IMG/VR virus record: IMGVR_UViG_2061766007_000711
Direction: 5' to 3' (one strand)
DNA length: 46,387 bases
From: an uncultured virus (IMG/VR IMGVR_UViG_2061766007_000711)
Lineage: Duplodnaviria > Heunggongvirae > Uroviricota > Caudoviricetes
Shown here: positions 10,439 through 20,548 of the stretch, in pieces
Layout of the letters: each line of letters opens with the position of its first letter
Numbering within the stretch: position 1 is the stretch's first letter
Program-made: the position numbers and the translations under genes
The notes under the pieces: model-generated
Told to the model about the DNA's origin: nothing
The model's input: the letters and a program-made list of their open reading frames with translations, nothing else
Databases searched by the model: none

Positions 10439-11132
10439 ATGTTTGGAATAACTGGAAGAAAACCCGTCAACAAGCAGACCCCGAAGGGTGCCACCGACAA
10501 GGCCAAGGAAATACTGGCACACGCACACGAGATGTGGAGGGAAATTTCCCCGGTGTGCACGGTGGATGTCCCGAAGGACGACGAGTGGAACACCTANNNN
10601 NNNNNNTGCACACGAGATGTGGAGGGAAATCTCCCCGGTGTGCACGGTGGATGTCCCGAAGGACGACGAGTGGAACACCTACCTGATGTGGCGAGGCAAC
10701 AAGATGGCCATGCTCACGCTCGGCGTGAACGAGGTCGCTATTACGTACAAGATGGAGATAAACCCTCCGACGATTAGGCTGTCCGGCGTGAGCATGCTCG
10801 ACGAGGAGGCCGGCCAGAAGAAGTACGGGAAGTTCTGCGGCGAGGTCGCCTACGTGGAGAACATCATCAGGACATGGCCGACCGTCCTGTCCGACACGGT
10901 CGGCAACCTGAGGCTGATGGTGGACAAGGGCGAGTACGGACGCATAGAGTTCTGCTCCACCGAGGTGAAGTACGCCAGGATAACCCAGTATTCCGACAAG
11001 GAGAAGCACGGCAGATGGGGATACGTAGATTCAAGAGAAATGCTGAAGTACACCCTGAAGATAACGGGACAGATAGACAACATCGACGACAGGAAGCTCG
11101 AGAAGGAGCTGGACAGCCTGATGGAGCTGTGA
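10439..11132 (+). CDS. hypothetical protein
   Basis: MFGITGRK start, frame broken only at the 10597-10606 gap with duplicated flanks. Confidence 0.6.
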
Positions 11133-11404
11133 GCTGGGTAAACGGCGAGCTGGAGACGGCCGAGAAGGAACTCGAGGAACGTGCGACGCCTGTGAGGCTG
11201 CGCGACGCGAGGGCCGCAAGCGACGACGGCTACGAGGACTACCTGACAATGGCCGAGGAACTTACCCGGTCGGTGCGGGTGGCAGTAAGCAAGGAGAAGA
11301 TTAAGATACTTAGGGATTGCAAGGACATCCTAGAGGAGATTGATGGACATGATAATGGACTTGGATTCATACCTGGAGATGATGAGGGGGAGACCGTTCC
11401 CTGA
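11129..11404 (+). CDS. hypothetical protein
   Basis: GTGA overlap with upstream stop; helical acidic sequence. Confidence 0.5.
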   Translation: MSWVNGELETAEKELEERATPVRLRDARAASDDGYEDYLTMAEELTRSVRVAVSKEKIKILRDCKDILEEIDGHDNGLGFIPGDDEGETVP

Positions 11405-11636
11405 AGTCGAACGGGAACTAGTGGCAGACGGGTACGTCAAGGGCAAGGCCGTCAAGGACAGGACGAGCGGGGGCGCGAAGGTGCGCTTCTCCAAGGGCCA
11501 CCACGAGGACGCCATCGTACTGGACGTGACGCATGCCTGGGACGTGGACCATTACGGAATAGGGAAGCCCGGCAAGGTGATATCCGGGACGATAGTCGAT
11601 ACAGGAGCAAGGTATGACAATCTCAGAAGCTTTTGA
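11340..11636 (+). CDS. hypothetical protein (start uncertain)
   Basis: ORF with phage-like codon usage in operon. Confidence 0.55.
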   Translation: MMDMIMDLDSYLEMMRGRPFPEVERELVADGYVKGKAVKDRTSGGAKVRFSKGHHEDAIVLDVTHAWDVDHYGIGKPGKVISGTIVDTGARYDNLRSF

Positions 11637-12058
11637 CGAAGTGCTCGCCTCGTGCGAGGAAACGGATGAACTGAAGAACATCATGGATGCCCTCGGGGTT
11701 GTCCTTCCGGAGGACGAGTACGGGCCCGACACTTCCCTGATGCAGCCGGAAATCAAGGTAATTGCCGGTATCCTCCTGGTGGACAACAAGAGCGGCGACC
11801 CGTCCCACGACGCAAAGAAGACGCTCAAGGACGCTCTGGCGAAGATATGCGACGGAAAGCCCGTGGAGGGAGTATCGGAGACCGCNNNNNNNNNNCGCCG
11901 GTATCCTCCTGGTGGACAACAAGAGCGGCGACCCGTCCCACGACGCCAAGAAGACGCTCAAGGACGCGCTGGCGAAGATATGCGACGGAAAGCCCGTGGA
12001 GGGAGTATCGGAGACCGCGATGGATGGCGAGGTGGAAAGTAACCTGGACCTGTTCTAG
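11614..12058 (+). CDS. hypothetical protein
   Basis: AGGAG RBS; gap-duplicated internal segment. Confidence 0.6.
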
Positions 12059-12062
12059 TGGA

Positions 12063-12808
12063 CTATTTCTTCTTGCGTCGCTGTTCCTGGTAGCGCTGCC
12101 GGTAATCGTCGCGGGAATCCCGCATGTAGTCCAGCTTGTCACTGTAGCTGTCGCGGGTCTTGTAAGCCTTCTCCTTGTCCTTTACGGCGCGGTCGAGCTG
12201 CTTCCCGTACTTGGATACTTCCCGGAGAATCGCCATGCGCATGCTGTCGATGCGGTCCATGGTCGCCCGGTCCAGACCCTGGGAGAACGACGGCGTGTAG
12301 CCGGTGGTCATCCTGTTGTTGAAGCGCTGTCTGCGGACGCCTTCCGACTCGTAGAACTTCTCGAAGATGCTGTTGACCTTGTTGGCCAGCTCCTGCGAAG
12401 GGGTCTGCTTTCGGCCGAACAGCCAGCTCAGCAGTCCCTCATGGAGGGGCTTCCCGGAAACGGCGGCATATCCTTCGATAAGTGCCTGTTCNNNNNNNNN
12501 NTGAGCCGCTGCACTCCTCCCAGGTGAAATGCACGATTACCGCGGGCGTACCAAAGCTTTCCGCGCGGTACACGTTCTGCACGTTGGGTAACGAAAGGAA
12601 GTTACTGAAGCTGCGGAAGCTGTTCCTGAACTGCCCCGCGAACTTCGCCCTGCTTCCCTTCACCGCATCATAGACGGTAATCCCGTTCTCCTTTGCAATA
12701 GCCGTGTATGTGGCGTATACGGCCTTCTTCATGCGGTTGCCGCCCTTGACCTTCTGCTCGAACCAGGTNNNNNNNNNNTGTGCTGCTGTCCATGCTGTCG
12801 GTGTCCAT
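12063..12808 (-). CDS. hypothetical protein (fragmented by gaps; putative late gene)
   Basis: 5' end MDTDSMDSS at 12808, 3' part 12063-12491; the intervening 12502-12768 is a misplaced inverted copy of the 14115 gene; ATAAACTA motif upstream. Confidence 0.45.
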
Positions 12809-12908
12809 CTGAGTACCTTGGGGTCGGTTAACCGGTAGTTTATGCCGCCGGAGAAACTATTTTTTGCTATATTTGGTTTAACACAATCTTTCTAAGAGGA
12901 TATTCACT

Positions 12909-13139
12909 ATGAAAATCAACCTTATCAATACAGCAAAGGCCGCCGCAATCGTCACGGCCGTCGTAATCACGGTCAAGGCGGTCAAGACCGTAGTGGCCAA
13001 GGTCAAGGCCAAGAAGGTCACCACCGAGGATGTCGAGGAAGAGTCCATCACTTCCGCCAAGATTTTCTCCGGCAACGAACGCGAGAACTGCGACTGCGAA
13101 GCCTGCGACTGCGCCGCAGAGGAAGAATTCGGCCGCTAG
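12909..13139 (+). CDS. small protein with hydrophobic N-terminus and CDCEACDC Cys cluster
   Basis: GAGGA RBS, CTATATTTG promoter at 12867, hairpin GGGACCGC-TTCT-GCGGTCCC downstream (13171-13190). Confidence 0.65.
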   Translation: MKINLINTAKAAAIVTAVVITVKAVKTVVAKVKAKKVTTEDVEEESITSAKIFSGNERENCDCEACDCAAEEEFGR

Positions 13140-13221
13140 CGGGTACCACCTGCAGTGCAGGAAACTGGACGGGACCGCTTCTGCGGTCCCTTCATAATAA
13201 ACTATGCAATAAGAGGACAAT

Positions 13222-14031
13222 ATGGCTATAACCGTTATCTATTCCGACATGGGCGACGTAGACTGCGCCAGCATCCCCCTTCTCTGGAAGGACGTACCGG
13301 ACGTCCACGTAATGCGCCTGGCACGCGACACCGACTACACCAAGGACGACATCAGGGAAGCAATCCGTAACGAGGACGACACCCTCATCATGTGCGGCCA
13401 CGGGACTCCCCGGGGCCTCCTGGGCTACGTCTGCGAGGAGCGCGAGGAGCGCATCCCGACAGCCGGCTCCTGGGGCTACACTCCCGGCAGCAGGCAGCGT
13501 GGCAGCCTGACATCCCGTTACGGGAGCGGCAGGATGATGAGCATGTCCGAGATGTACGCTAGGCTCAAGCACGACGAGAAGCTGCCGGGTGCAATCGGAC
13601 CGATGGTCGACCGCAAGCCGGCCCCCAAGCCAGTGGACAAGCCGGCCGAGAAGCCGGAACAGAAGACCCGCATCGTGAAGTACCGCCACATGGACAACGC
13701 CGTCGACGCGTCCATGGTGAACGACATCCACGCCGAGAGGGTTATCGCCGTATGGTGCCACGCAACCTCGTTTGCCGAGGCGCACCACCTGTACGGGTTC
13801 TGGTCCTCGATGTTCATCTCCAACAGCGGAGAGGCCCGCATGTGCGGGTACAACGGGGTGACCCAGGAGACAATCGTCGCCGAGACCTACAAGTTCTGGC
13901 GCGACGCGAACACCCTCCTGAAGAACGACGTGCCGCTCGACGAGTGGATTGACCGCCTGATGGAGATGGGCAACCTGAACTACCCGACCACCAGGTTCAA
14001 CTACGAGGGGCTCCGGTACTACCCGCGCTAA
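13222..14031 (+). CDS. hypothetical protein, possible clan CD (caspase/gingipain-like) cysteine peptidase fold
   Basis: LIMCGHG and IAVWCHA strand-His-Gly / strand-Cys pattern; GAGGA RBS. Confidence 0.6.
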   Translation: MAITVIYSDMGDVDCASIPLLWKDVPDVHVMRLARDTDYTKDDIREAIRNEDDTLIMCGHGTPRGLLGYVCEEREERIPTAGSWGYTPGSRQRGSLTSRYGSGRMMSMSEMYARLKHDEKLPGAIGPMVDRKPAPKPVDKPAEKPEQKTRIVKYRHMDNAVDASMVNDIHAERVIAVWCHATSFAEAHHLYGFWSSMFISNSGEARMCGYNGVTQETIVAETYKFWRDANTLLKNDVPLDEWIDRLMEMGNLNYPTTRFNYEGLRYYPR

Positions 14032-14052
14032 AGTAAATTGAAAGTTTACAAC

Positions 14053-14082
14053 AAAATGCCTGACGAAAGTCAGGCATTTTTT
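14053..14082 (+). terminator. intrinsic terminator
   Basis: AAAATGCCTGAC-GAAA-GTCAGGCATTTT plus T tract. Confidence 0.8.
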
Positions 14083-14114
14083 GCTATATTTGGGTTACAA
14101 CCAAAGGGAAAACT

Positions 14115-14640
14115 ATGTACGAGAAGGATTCACATACCGGGCTGGACCTGTTCCTGCTCATAGTAATATTGGCCGGCGCTTTCGTGATTACGCGATGCGA
14201 GAACGCCCTAGCGGACGCCGACTTGCATAAGGTGTCGCCTACCGCCAAGTCCGACTACCTGGAGTACAACACGGAGACCTGGTTCGAGCAGAAGGTCAAG
14301 GGCGGCAACCGCATGAAGAAGGCCGTGTACGCCACGTATACCTCCATAGCGAAGGAGAACGGCATTACCGTCTACGATGCGGTGAAGGGAAGCAGGGCGA
14401 AGTTCGCGGGGCAGTTCAGGAACAGNNNNNNNNNNNNNNNNNNNNNNNNNNNNNNNNNNNNNNNNNNNNNNNNNNNNNNNNNNNNNNNNNNNNNNNNNNN
14501 NNNNNNNNNNNNNNNNNNNNNNNNNNNNNNNNNNNNNNNNNNNNNNNNNNNNNNNNNNNNNCAATCTCCCGGAACAGGAAGTGGAGCACGACGGGCAGGT
14601 CGACATCGACTACGAAGGATTCGACATGGTGGTAAATTAA
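14115..14640 (+). CDS. hypothetical protein with N-terminal membrane anchor
   Basis: LFLLIVILAGAFVI segment; middle lies in a gap, alternative-allele fragments at 12502-12768 and 14692-14886. Confidence 0.6.
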
Positions 14641-14903
14641 TTTTTACAATAAATCTATTGACAACGTCCGTAGATTAGGGTNNNNNNNNNNACGGAAAGC
14701 TTTGGTACTCCCGCGGTAATCGTGCATTTCACCTGGGAGGAGTGCAGCGGCTCCGGGGATGACCGGCACTGCCACACTGAGCACGACGAAGTTACCATCC
14801 CGGAAGTAAATCTCCCGGAACAGGAAGTGGAGCACGACGGACAGGTAGACATCGACTACGAAGGATTCGACATGGTAGTAAATTAATTTTTACAATAAAT
14901 CTA

Positions 14904-14934
14904 TTGACAACGTCCGTAGATTAGGGTATATTTG
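14904..14934 (+). promoter_or_regulatory. sigma70-type promoter TTGACA-N17-TATATT(TG)
   Basis: TTGACA 14904-14909, 17-bp spacer, TATATT 14927-14932, upstream of AAGGAG RBS and ATG 14972. Confidence 0.8.
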
Positions 14935-14971
14935 TAGTTGTAAAAGGAACGATACAACCAAGGAGTACACC

Positions 14972-15661
14972 ATGTCCTACAAGAATTTTCTCGGCCGCTT
15001 TGGCCACCGCTGGTTCACGGATTACGACCGCAAGATGGTACTTATCGACTTTTCCGCAGACGAATACGATGTCGAGGTGACGTTCACCGACGACAAGCCG
15101 GACACTCCGCTCAAGGACTGCATCGGCACGGAAACCAACGTGGACGCCATCATGATTTACTACAAGGACGGCACCGGACGCCGCGACCCCGAGCCGTTCC
15201 GCTGGCAGGTCACCGGCGTGTTCCACTGGAGCGACTTCTCCACTACTGTCGGGGACAGCAACCCGAGAACCTACTTCTGGAACAGGAGCAAGAACCGCCA
15301 GCTCTTCCCGCAGACGAGGAACGAGCCGGTCGCTGATATCGCCAAGTACCGCCGTGCAGTGCGCGAGAAGTTCGTCAACTTCCTGCACATGAACGGAATC
15401 GACGACAACAGGGAAGGCGTGCTCCGCGTGCCCGTCAACGTGTTCAACGACGACGCCAGGAAGAACCTGATGCGTTTCCTGGGCACGCTGGATATGGACG
15501 GGATACAGACCTTCGTCACGGTGCATTTCGAACGCAGCACAATCGACCAGCTTACCCGTCTCGACACCGAGATTGAACTCGGCGACCTCGGGGAAGTACT
15601 GGAAATTGCCGAAGAACGTAACCACGGAAACACCGATGACTCTGCAGACTACGGAAATTAA
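14972..15661 (+). CDS. hypothetical protein
   Basis: strong promoter and RBS, 229-aa ORF. Confidence 0.75.
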   Translation: MSYKNFLGRFGHRWFTDYDRKMVLIDFSADEYDVEVTFTDDKPDTPLKDCIGTETNVDAIMIYYKDGTGRRDPEPFRWQVTGVFHWSDFSTTVGDSNPRTYFWNRSKNRQLFPQTRNEPVADIAKYRRAVREKFVNFLHMNGIDDNREGVLRVPVNVFNDDARKNLMRFLGTLDMDGIQTFVTVHFERSTIDQLTRLDTEIELGDLGEVLEIAEERNHGNTDDSADYGN

Positions 15662-15672
15662 GGAGACATATC

Positions 15673-16215
15673 ATGGGAAGGCATTTCAAGAAACGAGAAT
15701 ACCGGTACTGGACCGAGCCCGAAATCGAGAAGCTACGCAACGGGCAGATTCCGGAAGGCCGCACCTACGTGCAGTGCTGCGCGAAGGCGGACTTGCTCGG
15801 GTTCCCTCGCCCGGATTCCCCTACGGGACGCCACAAGTGGACGAAGGAAGACCTGGAAACCATGAAGAGCGGGAAGGTGCCGCCGGGACGCACGGCGACT
15901 GCCTGCATCACCAAGGGATACGGACTCGGCTACCGCGTGGCGGACCTGGGGAACGGCAACCTGCAGGTGGAATCGATGCGCGACGAGACTCCGTCTGAGG
16001 TCGCGACGATGACTAAGGCCGCCCTGCTGTCCAAGATGAGGGACGAGGGGCTCACCTACCCACAGATAGCCGAGCTCGCCGGGATTTCCAAGCAGTACGC
16101 ATGCGACCTGGTGAACAGGTACCGCAGGAGCGCACGGTATGCGGCCAAGAAGGCCAAGTCCGGCAACCGGGTGGAAGACCTGGTACGGAAATTCAACGAG
16201 GCCAGGAAACGCTAG
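15673..16215 (+). CDS. DNA-binding protein with two Myb-like W-T-x-E repeats and C-terminal HTH
   Basis: YWTEPEIEKLR, KWTKEDLETMK, GLTYPQIAELAGISKQYACDLV. Confidence 0.7.
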   Translation: MGRHFKKREYRYWTEPEIEKLRNGQIPEGRTYVQCCAKADLLGFPRPDSPTGRHKWTKEDLETMKSGKVPPGRTATACITKGYGLGYRVADLGNGNLQVESMRDETPSEVATMTKAALLSKMRDEGLTYPQIAELAGISKQYACDLVNRYRRSARYAAKKAKSGNRVEDLVRKFNEARKR

Positions 16216-16221
16216 TATTGC

Positions 16222-16252
16222 AAAAAGAAGGCACCCTTACGGGTGCCTTCTT
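16222..16252. terminator. bidirectional terminator between convergent genes
   Basis: AAGAAGGCACCC-TTAC-GGGTGCCTTCTT. Confidence 0.8.
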
Positions 16253-16272
16253 CGCAATTGTGCATACAATCG

Positions 16273-17617
16273 TCAGCGGGACATCTGCATCTTGCAGCCG
16301 TTCGGGAGTATTACGTACAACGGAATGAGGATGCCCTGTTTCACGGCCGCCTCGATTGTGCCGCTGTCTGCCTGGCCGTCCTGCACGAGCGGGTTCTCCG
16401 TGTCGGTCACGCCGTACATGTATACCTGCTTGCCGCTTTCTGCCGCGAATTCCGTGGCATCCAGCTCCGCGTCGCTCCCCTTCTCGTTTACCTGGAGAAG
16501 CCCGGCGGTATCGTGTTCGACGACCATGAGGTAGTCGTTGTCGTCCTCTTCCGTGTCTTCAGGCATTTCGCCTTCCGGCTCGGCTGGCTCCGGTTCGGCC
16601 GGTTCCGGGTTCCCGGATTCCTCGCCTTCCTCGTCGGGAAGAATGTCGTTCGCACGCAGGACTTCCTGCAGGTNNNNNNNNNNACTCGGCTGGCTCCTGT
16701 TCGGCCGGTTCTGGGTTCCCGGATTCCTTGCCTTCCTCGTCGGGAAGAATGTCGTTCGCACGCAGGACTTCCTGCAGGTCCATGGCGCCCCGTATCATGT
16801 CATCCGTATAGTCCTGGAAGATGCCACTATGGATATAGTCGTTGATTACCGAGATTGGCACGGTAACCTTGCGGCCGGTCTTCTCGTCCTTGTGCCCGTA
16901 TGACTTGATGAAGTTGCCGTCCTTGCACCGGATGACCTTGAAGTTGCCGCCTTCGCCGTGCAGCTTGATGATGTAATCGTGGAGGTACTGAACCGGGACG
17001 GAAATCACTGCGCACGTGCCGTCGGCGCCGGGAACCAGTATGAAGTACTGCGGCTGTACCTTGGTGTTTGCCTGGCCCTTGTTCATGACGCTCGGCACGT
17101 CGCACACGGCGGTCACGTTCAGGTCCATGGTCTCGTTGATTTCCTCGGCCATGTCGTTAAACATGTTGCCGTGCCCGAGAACGGCATCCAGGTTGGCGTA
17201 GTTGTTCAGGTACCGCATTCCTTGCCCGGCAGCCCATACGGCCTGCGCGAGGTGAATCATCTCGTGGGCCATGACGTTGGCGAGCTCGAACGGGCTGAGG
17301 TCGAACGAGTTGCTGAACTCGATTTTCGGGTCCTCGTAGGTGAAATTCGTTATCTGCCCCTGTTCGTCCCTGGCGGTCTCGGTCTTGCAGAGGAAGCGCC
17401 CGAGCCAATGCTCGGATTCGCCGAAGGTGAAGTCCACCATTTCCGGGTAGCCCTTGAATTGGGACTTGAAGAATTCATTGTACAGCTGTGTGTACAGCTT
17501 CTGCAGGGTGGGCAGTCCGTATGCCTCCGGGGTCTTCAGTGTTTCGGTAGATTCCTTAGCTGCCGGGTTCCGGGAAGCCTGCATCTCTTCAGGTGTCATC
17601 AGTCTAATGTTTGCCAT
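16273..17617 (-). CDS. SprT-like zinc metalloprotease domain protein
   Basis: LYTQLYNEFF, VMAHEMIHL (HExxH), GHGNMF; frame broken only at the 16674-16683 gap. Confidence 0.75.
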
Positions 17618-17695
17618 GGTAAACCCCGTATTTTCCCGTAGTTTATCTACGGGAAGTCCATGATTTTTGCTTGGTGATATAAACTACCTGCAATC

Positions 17696-18799
17696 ATGAT
17701 TAAAACTTTGGAGTCTCCGATGAACCAAAAATTCGTAACTTATCTCAAGCTGCTCGAGAGCAGGGCACCGGCTTCCAAGAAGGCCGACTTCCACCGCGCA
17801 ATCGAGCTTTATACGGCAGGTGCCGCAAAGATGGAGAGCAACGGCAACCCGTTCGAACGCAATACCGGTAGCCTCGGCCGTACCCAGGAGCCATTCTCCG
17901 CATCGAACCGCAAGCCGGGAGAAGGCATCGCCAACGCCAAGCGTTCTCCTGAAGTGGTGAAGGCCGACGCCGACCGCGCCGCCGCAATCCGCAAGGCCGA
18001 GGAAGGTTTCCCGGCAGCCGCTGACACCGTCATCAAGGCGGCCGAGACGCAACCGGGCAAGATTGACGCCTGGGTCGACTACCGTCTCGAACCTGCAATC
18101 AAGCGCGCCCGCAAGGCCGACGGTCTCGGCGGTTCCGAAGGCTCCAAGGCCAAGTACAAGTCCGACTACAATACCGCCAAGAAAAAGTACAAGGAAGAGG
18201 ACAAGGAAGCCCGCGAGAAGGCCAGAAAGGACGAGGAAGAGTCCCTTGCACGTTCCCGCGAGGAAATCGAATACAAGAAGCAGCAGGAAGACCGCAAGGC
18301 CGACGAGAAGCGCATGTCCGATTCCGAAAAGAAGCGCGAGGACCTCGGTTCCAACCGCGACTACAAGTTCAGCGCCGAGCAGAAGCTCAATTCCACCGAC
18401 AAGGACATCAACCGCCACGTAGCAACCGCACGCAGCGAGGACATGGCCAAGGGCGAGGAAGCCGACAAGAAGATGAACGCCGCCGACAAGTTCTGGGAAG
18501 AGAACGGCGAGAAGGCCGAGTTCGGCACTCCGATGAGCGACGAGGAAATCGCCGCCGACCAGGCAGAGAAGAGGGCCGAACAGAAGCACAAGAACGACGA
18601 GGCCGATAACGCCATGGCCGCCGCCGAGAAGTGGTGGTCAGACAACGGCGACAACTACGGCCTGGCCGACGTCGCCGCAGTGAACATCAAGGGTCTCCGT
18701 GCCGCGTTCGAGAGCGTGTACGGCGATTCCAGCGAGTTCACCGACGCCGAAATCCGTACCATCTGCGAATCCTGCTACCGCAGGTCTCGCCGGAAGTAA
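17696..18799 (+). CDS. highly charged hypothetical protein (possible virion internal protein)
   Basis: 367-aa Ala/Lys/Glu-rich ORF preceded by ATAAACTA motif. Confidence 0.7.
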   Translation: MIKTLESPMNQKFVTYLKLLESRAPASKKADFHRAIELYTAGAAKMESNGNPFERNTGSLGRTQEPFSASNRKPGEGIANAKRSPEVVKADADRAAAIRKAEEGFPAAADTVIKAAETQPGKIDAWVDYRLEPAIKRARKADGLGGSEGSKAKYKSDYNTAKKKYKEEDKEAREKARKDEEESLARSREEIEYKKQQEDRKADEKRMSDSEKKREDLGSNRDYKFSAEQKLNSTDKDINRHVATARSEDMAKGEEADKKMNAADKFWEENGEKAEFGTPMSDEEIAADQAEKRAEQKHKNDEADNAMAAAEKWWSDNGDNYGLADVAAVNIKGLRAAFESVYGDSSEFTDAEIRTICESCYRRSRRK

Positions 18800-18818
18800 T
18801 CGGTAAGTCGATATATTG

Positions 18819-18844
18819 AAAGGCCGGGCTATGCCCGGCCTTTT
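18819..18844 (+). terminator. intrinsic terminator
   Basis: AAAGGCCGGGC-TAT-GCCCGGCCTTTT. Confidence 0.8.
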
Positions 18845-19002
18845 ATGTTCCTATACGAATATAAACTATGGATAATGATGGGGAACCACGATGGCAGGAC
18901 AACTATACNNNNNNNNNNAGCAATATACTGAAAGGCCGGGCTATGCCCGGCCTTTTATGTTCCCGTACGGATATAAACTATGGATAATGATGGGGAACCA
19001 CG

Positions 19003-20548
19003 ATGGCAGGACAACTATACAATATCTTTTCTATTAAGGACGGCGAAATCATCCAGCTGGATGACATGCTTGCATCTAAGCCAACACCAGTCCCGCCGGT
19101 TCCACCCGGCCCGACCCCACCGGGGCCAACACCTCCGGGTCCGACCCCACCGGGGCCAACACCTCCGGGTCCGCAGGTCAATGTCACCATATCAATCACC
19201 GGGGATATCATTACCATCATCCCTACCGGAGATGTATCTTACATAGACGGATACAATATCAATGTGTATTCGGGAACGAAAAAGATATTCTCGTACAAAG
19301 ATGGGAATGATGCTGACGTGTTCGACATGAGCACTCTGTATGGCGATGTCTCATCCGGCAAGTATACGGTCAAGGTACAGGCATACAACGATGATGGAAC
19401 TGTGTTNNNNNNNNNNNNNNNNTCCTGGGCCTACCCCGCCGGGGCCGCATGTCGATGTTACCATATCGGTTAATGGCGATATCATCACAATGATTCCGGT
19501 TGGCGACGTGTCGTATATCGACGGATACATCATCAACGTATATTCCGGAAGCACCAAGGTATTCGCTTACAGGGATGAGGATGATGCCGACGTGTTCGAC
19601 ATGAGCGCTCTGTATGGCGATGTCTCATCAGGCAAGTATACGGTCAAGGTACAGGCATACAACGATGATGGAACTGTGTTTACGGAATCTAACGGGGCGA
19701 CATGGATGCGGAACCCGGATTCCCGTACTATGTGGGTAAAGATAAAATTCCAGGACAAGACATATAATCCACAGGAACACCAGCTTGCCGCCGGTAAGGC
19801 TTCTACTCGTACCGATGATTACGGTAACAACGATAGAGGGAAATCATTCTCTGCAGACTGGCAATGTGTTGACCAGACGGCGAATATATGGATGTGGGGT
19901 GTGACTGAGGGAACTAACCTTGATAAGGCGTTCGGGTATGGCGATTACAGCGGTCTTGGCTCGTCGCTATTCATTGACGAAAATTTCTGGCTAACAATAC
20001 CGGAAGAACTGAAGCTTGCTGAAGGTGACAGAATCTATATCGAAGCCCTTGACTGGAAGGAACATGGCTACGGACTACCGTCAAGCATAGAATATACCGG
20101 GAAGGTCAATATACTTGACTGGAATTTGACTGATGCTACTCGTCTCAATGGCTTCATCGGTACTAACCTTTGGTACGACATTCCTGTATATGGAACTCTC
20201 CCGGCATTGACTACGAAGGCCACGGAAATGCCCTATGCATTTGACCGGCTGTTCCATATTACCTCTATGGGAAAGGTCACTGTTACAGGTTCTGAATGCT
20301 CATGCATAAATGGTTTCATGACTATGCTCAGTCTTGCCGAGCTGCCTGAATTTGAAGGAAATATCACGCAGACATCGCACATGTTCAATGGCGCGGTAGA
20401 TGCATCTAAGGAAAGCATCGAGGCATTGTTTGATACATTGAAGGAAACATCCACGATGCATGATAATACATTCAAGAACTGTGGAAAGAATGTTGACGCC
20501 CATGCGCTAGACAACATCCCAGCAAGCTGGGGTGGCAACGCGTCTTAG
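19003..20548 (+). CDS. proline-linker, repeat-domain protein (putative virion surface / tail-associated)
   Basis: (PGPTP)n linker, beta-rich domain seen twice around a gap, C-terminal region resembling DUF285/BspA-like repeats ending IPASWGG; lower GC than flanks. Confidence 0.55.

Noticed and set aside
12502..12768. Apparent inverted duplication of the 14115 gene (possible invertible segment); similar displaced copies at 7804-7911, 42806-42924, 46304-46387
   Set aside because: Bounded on both sides by gaps, no recombinase or inverted recombination sites seen; most likely misplaced allelic contigs
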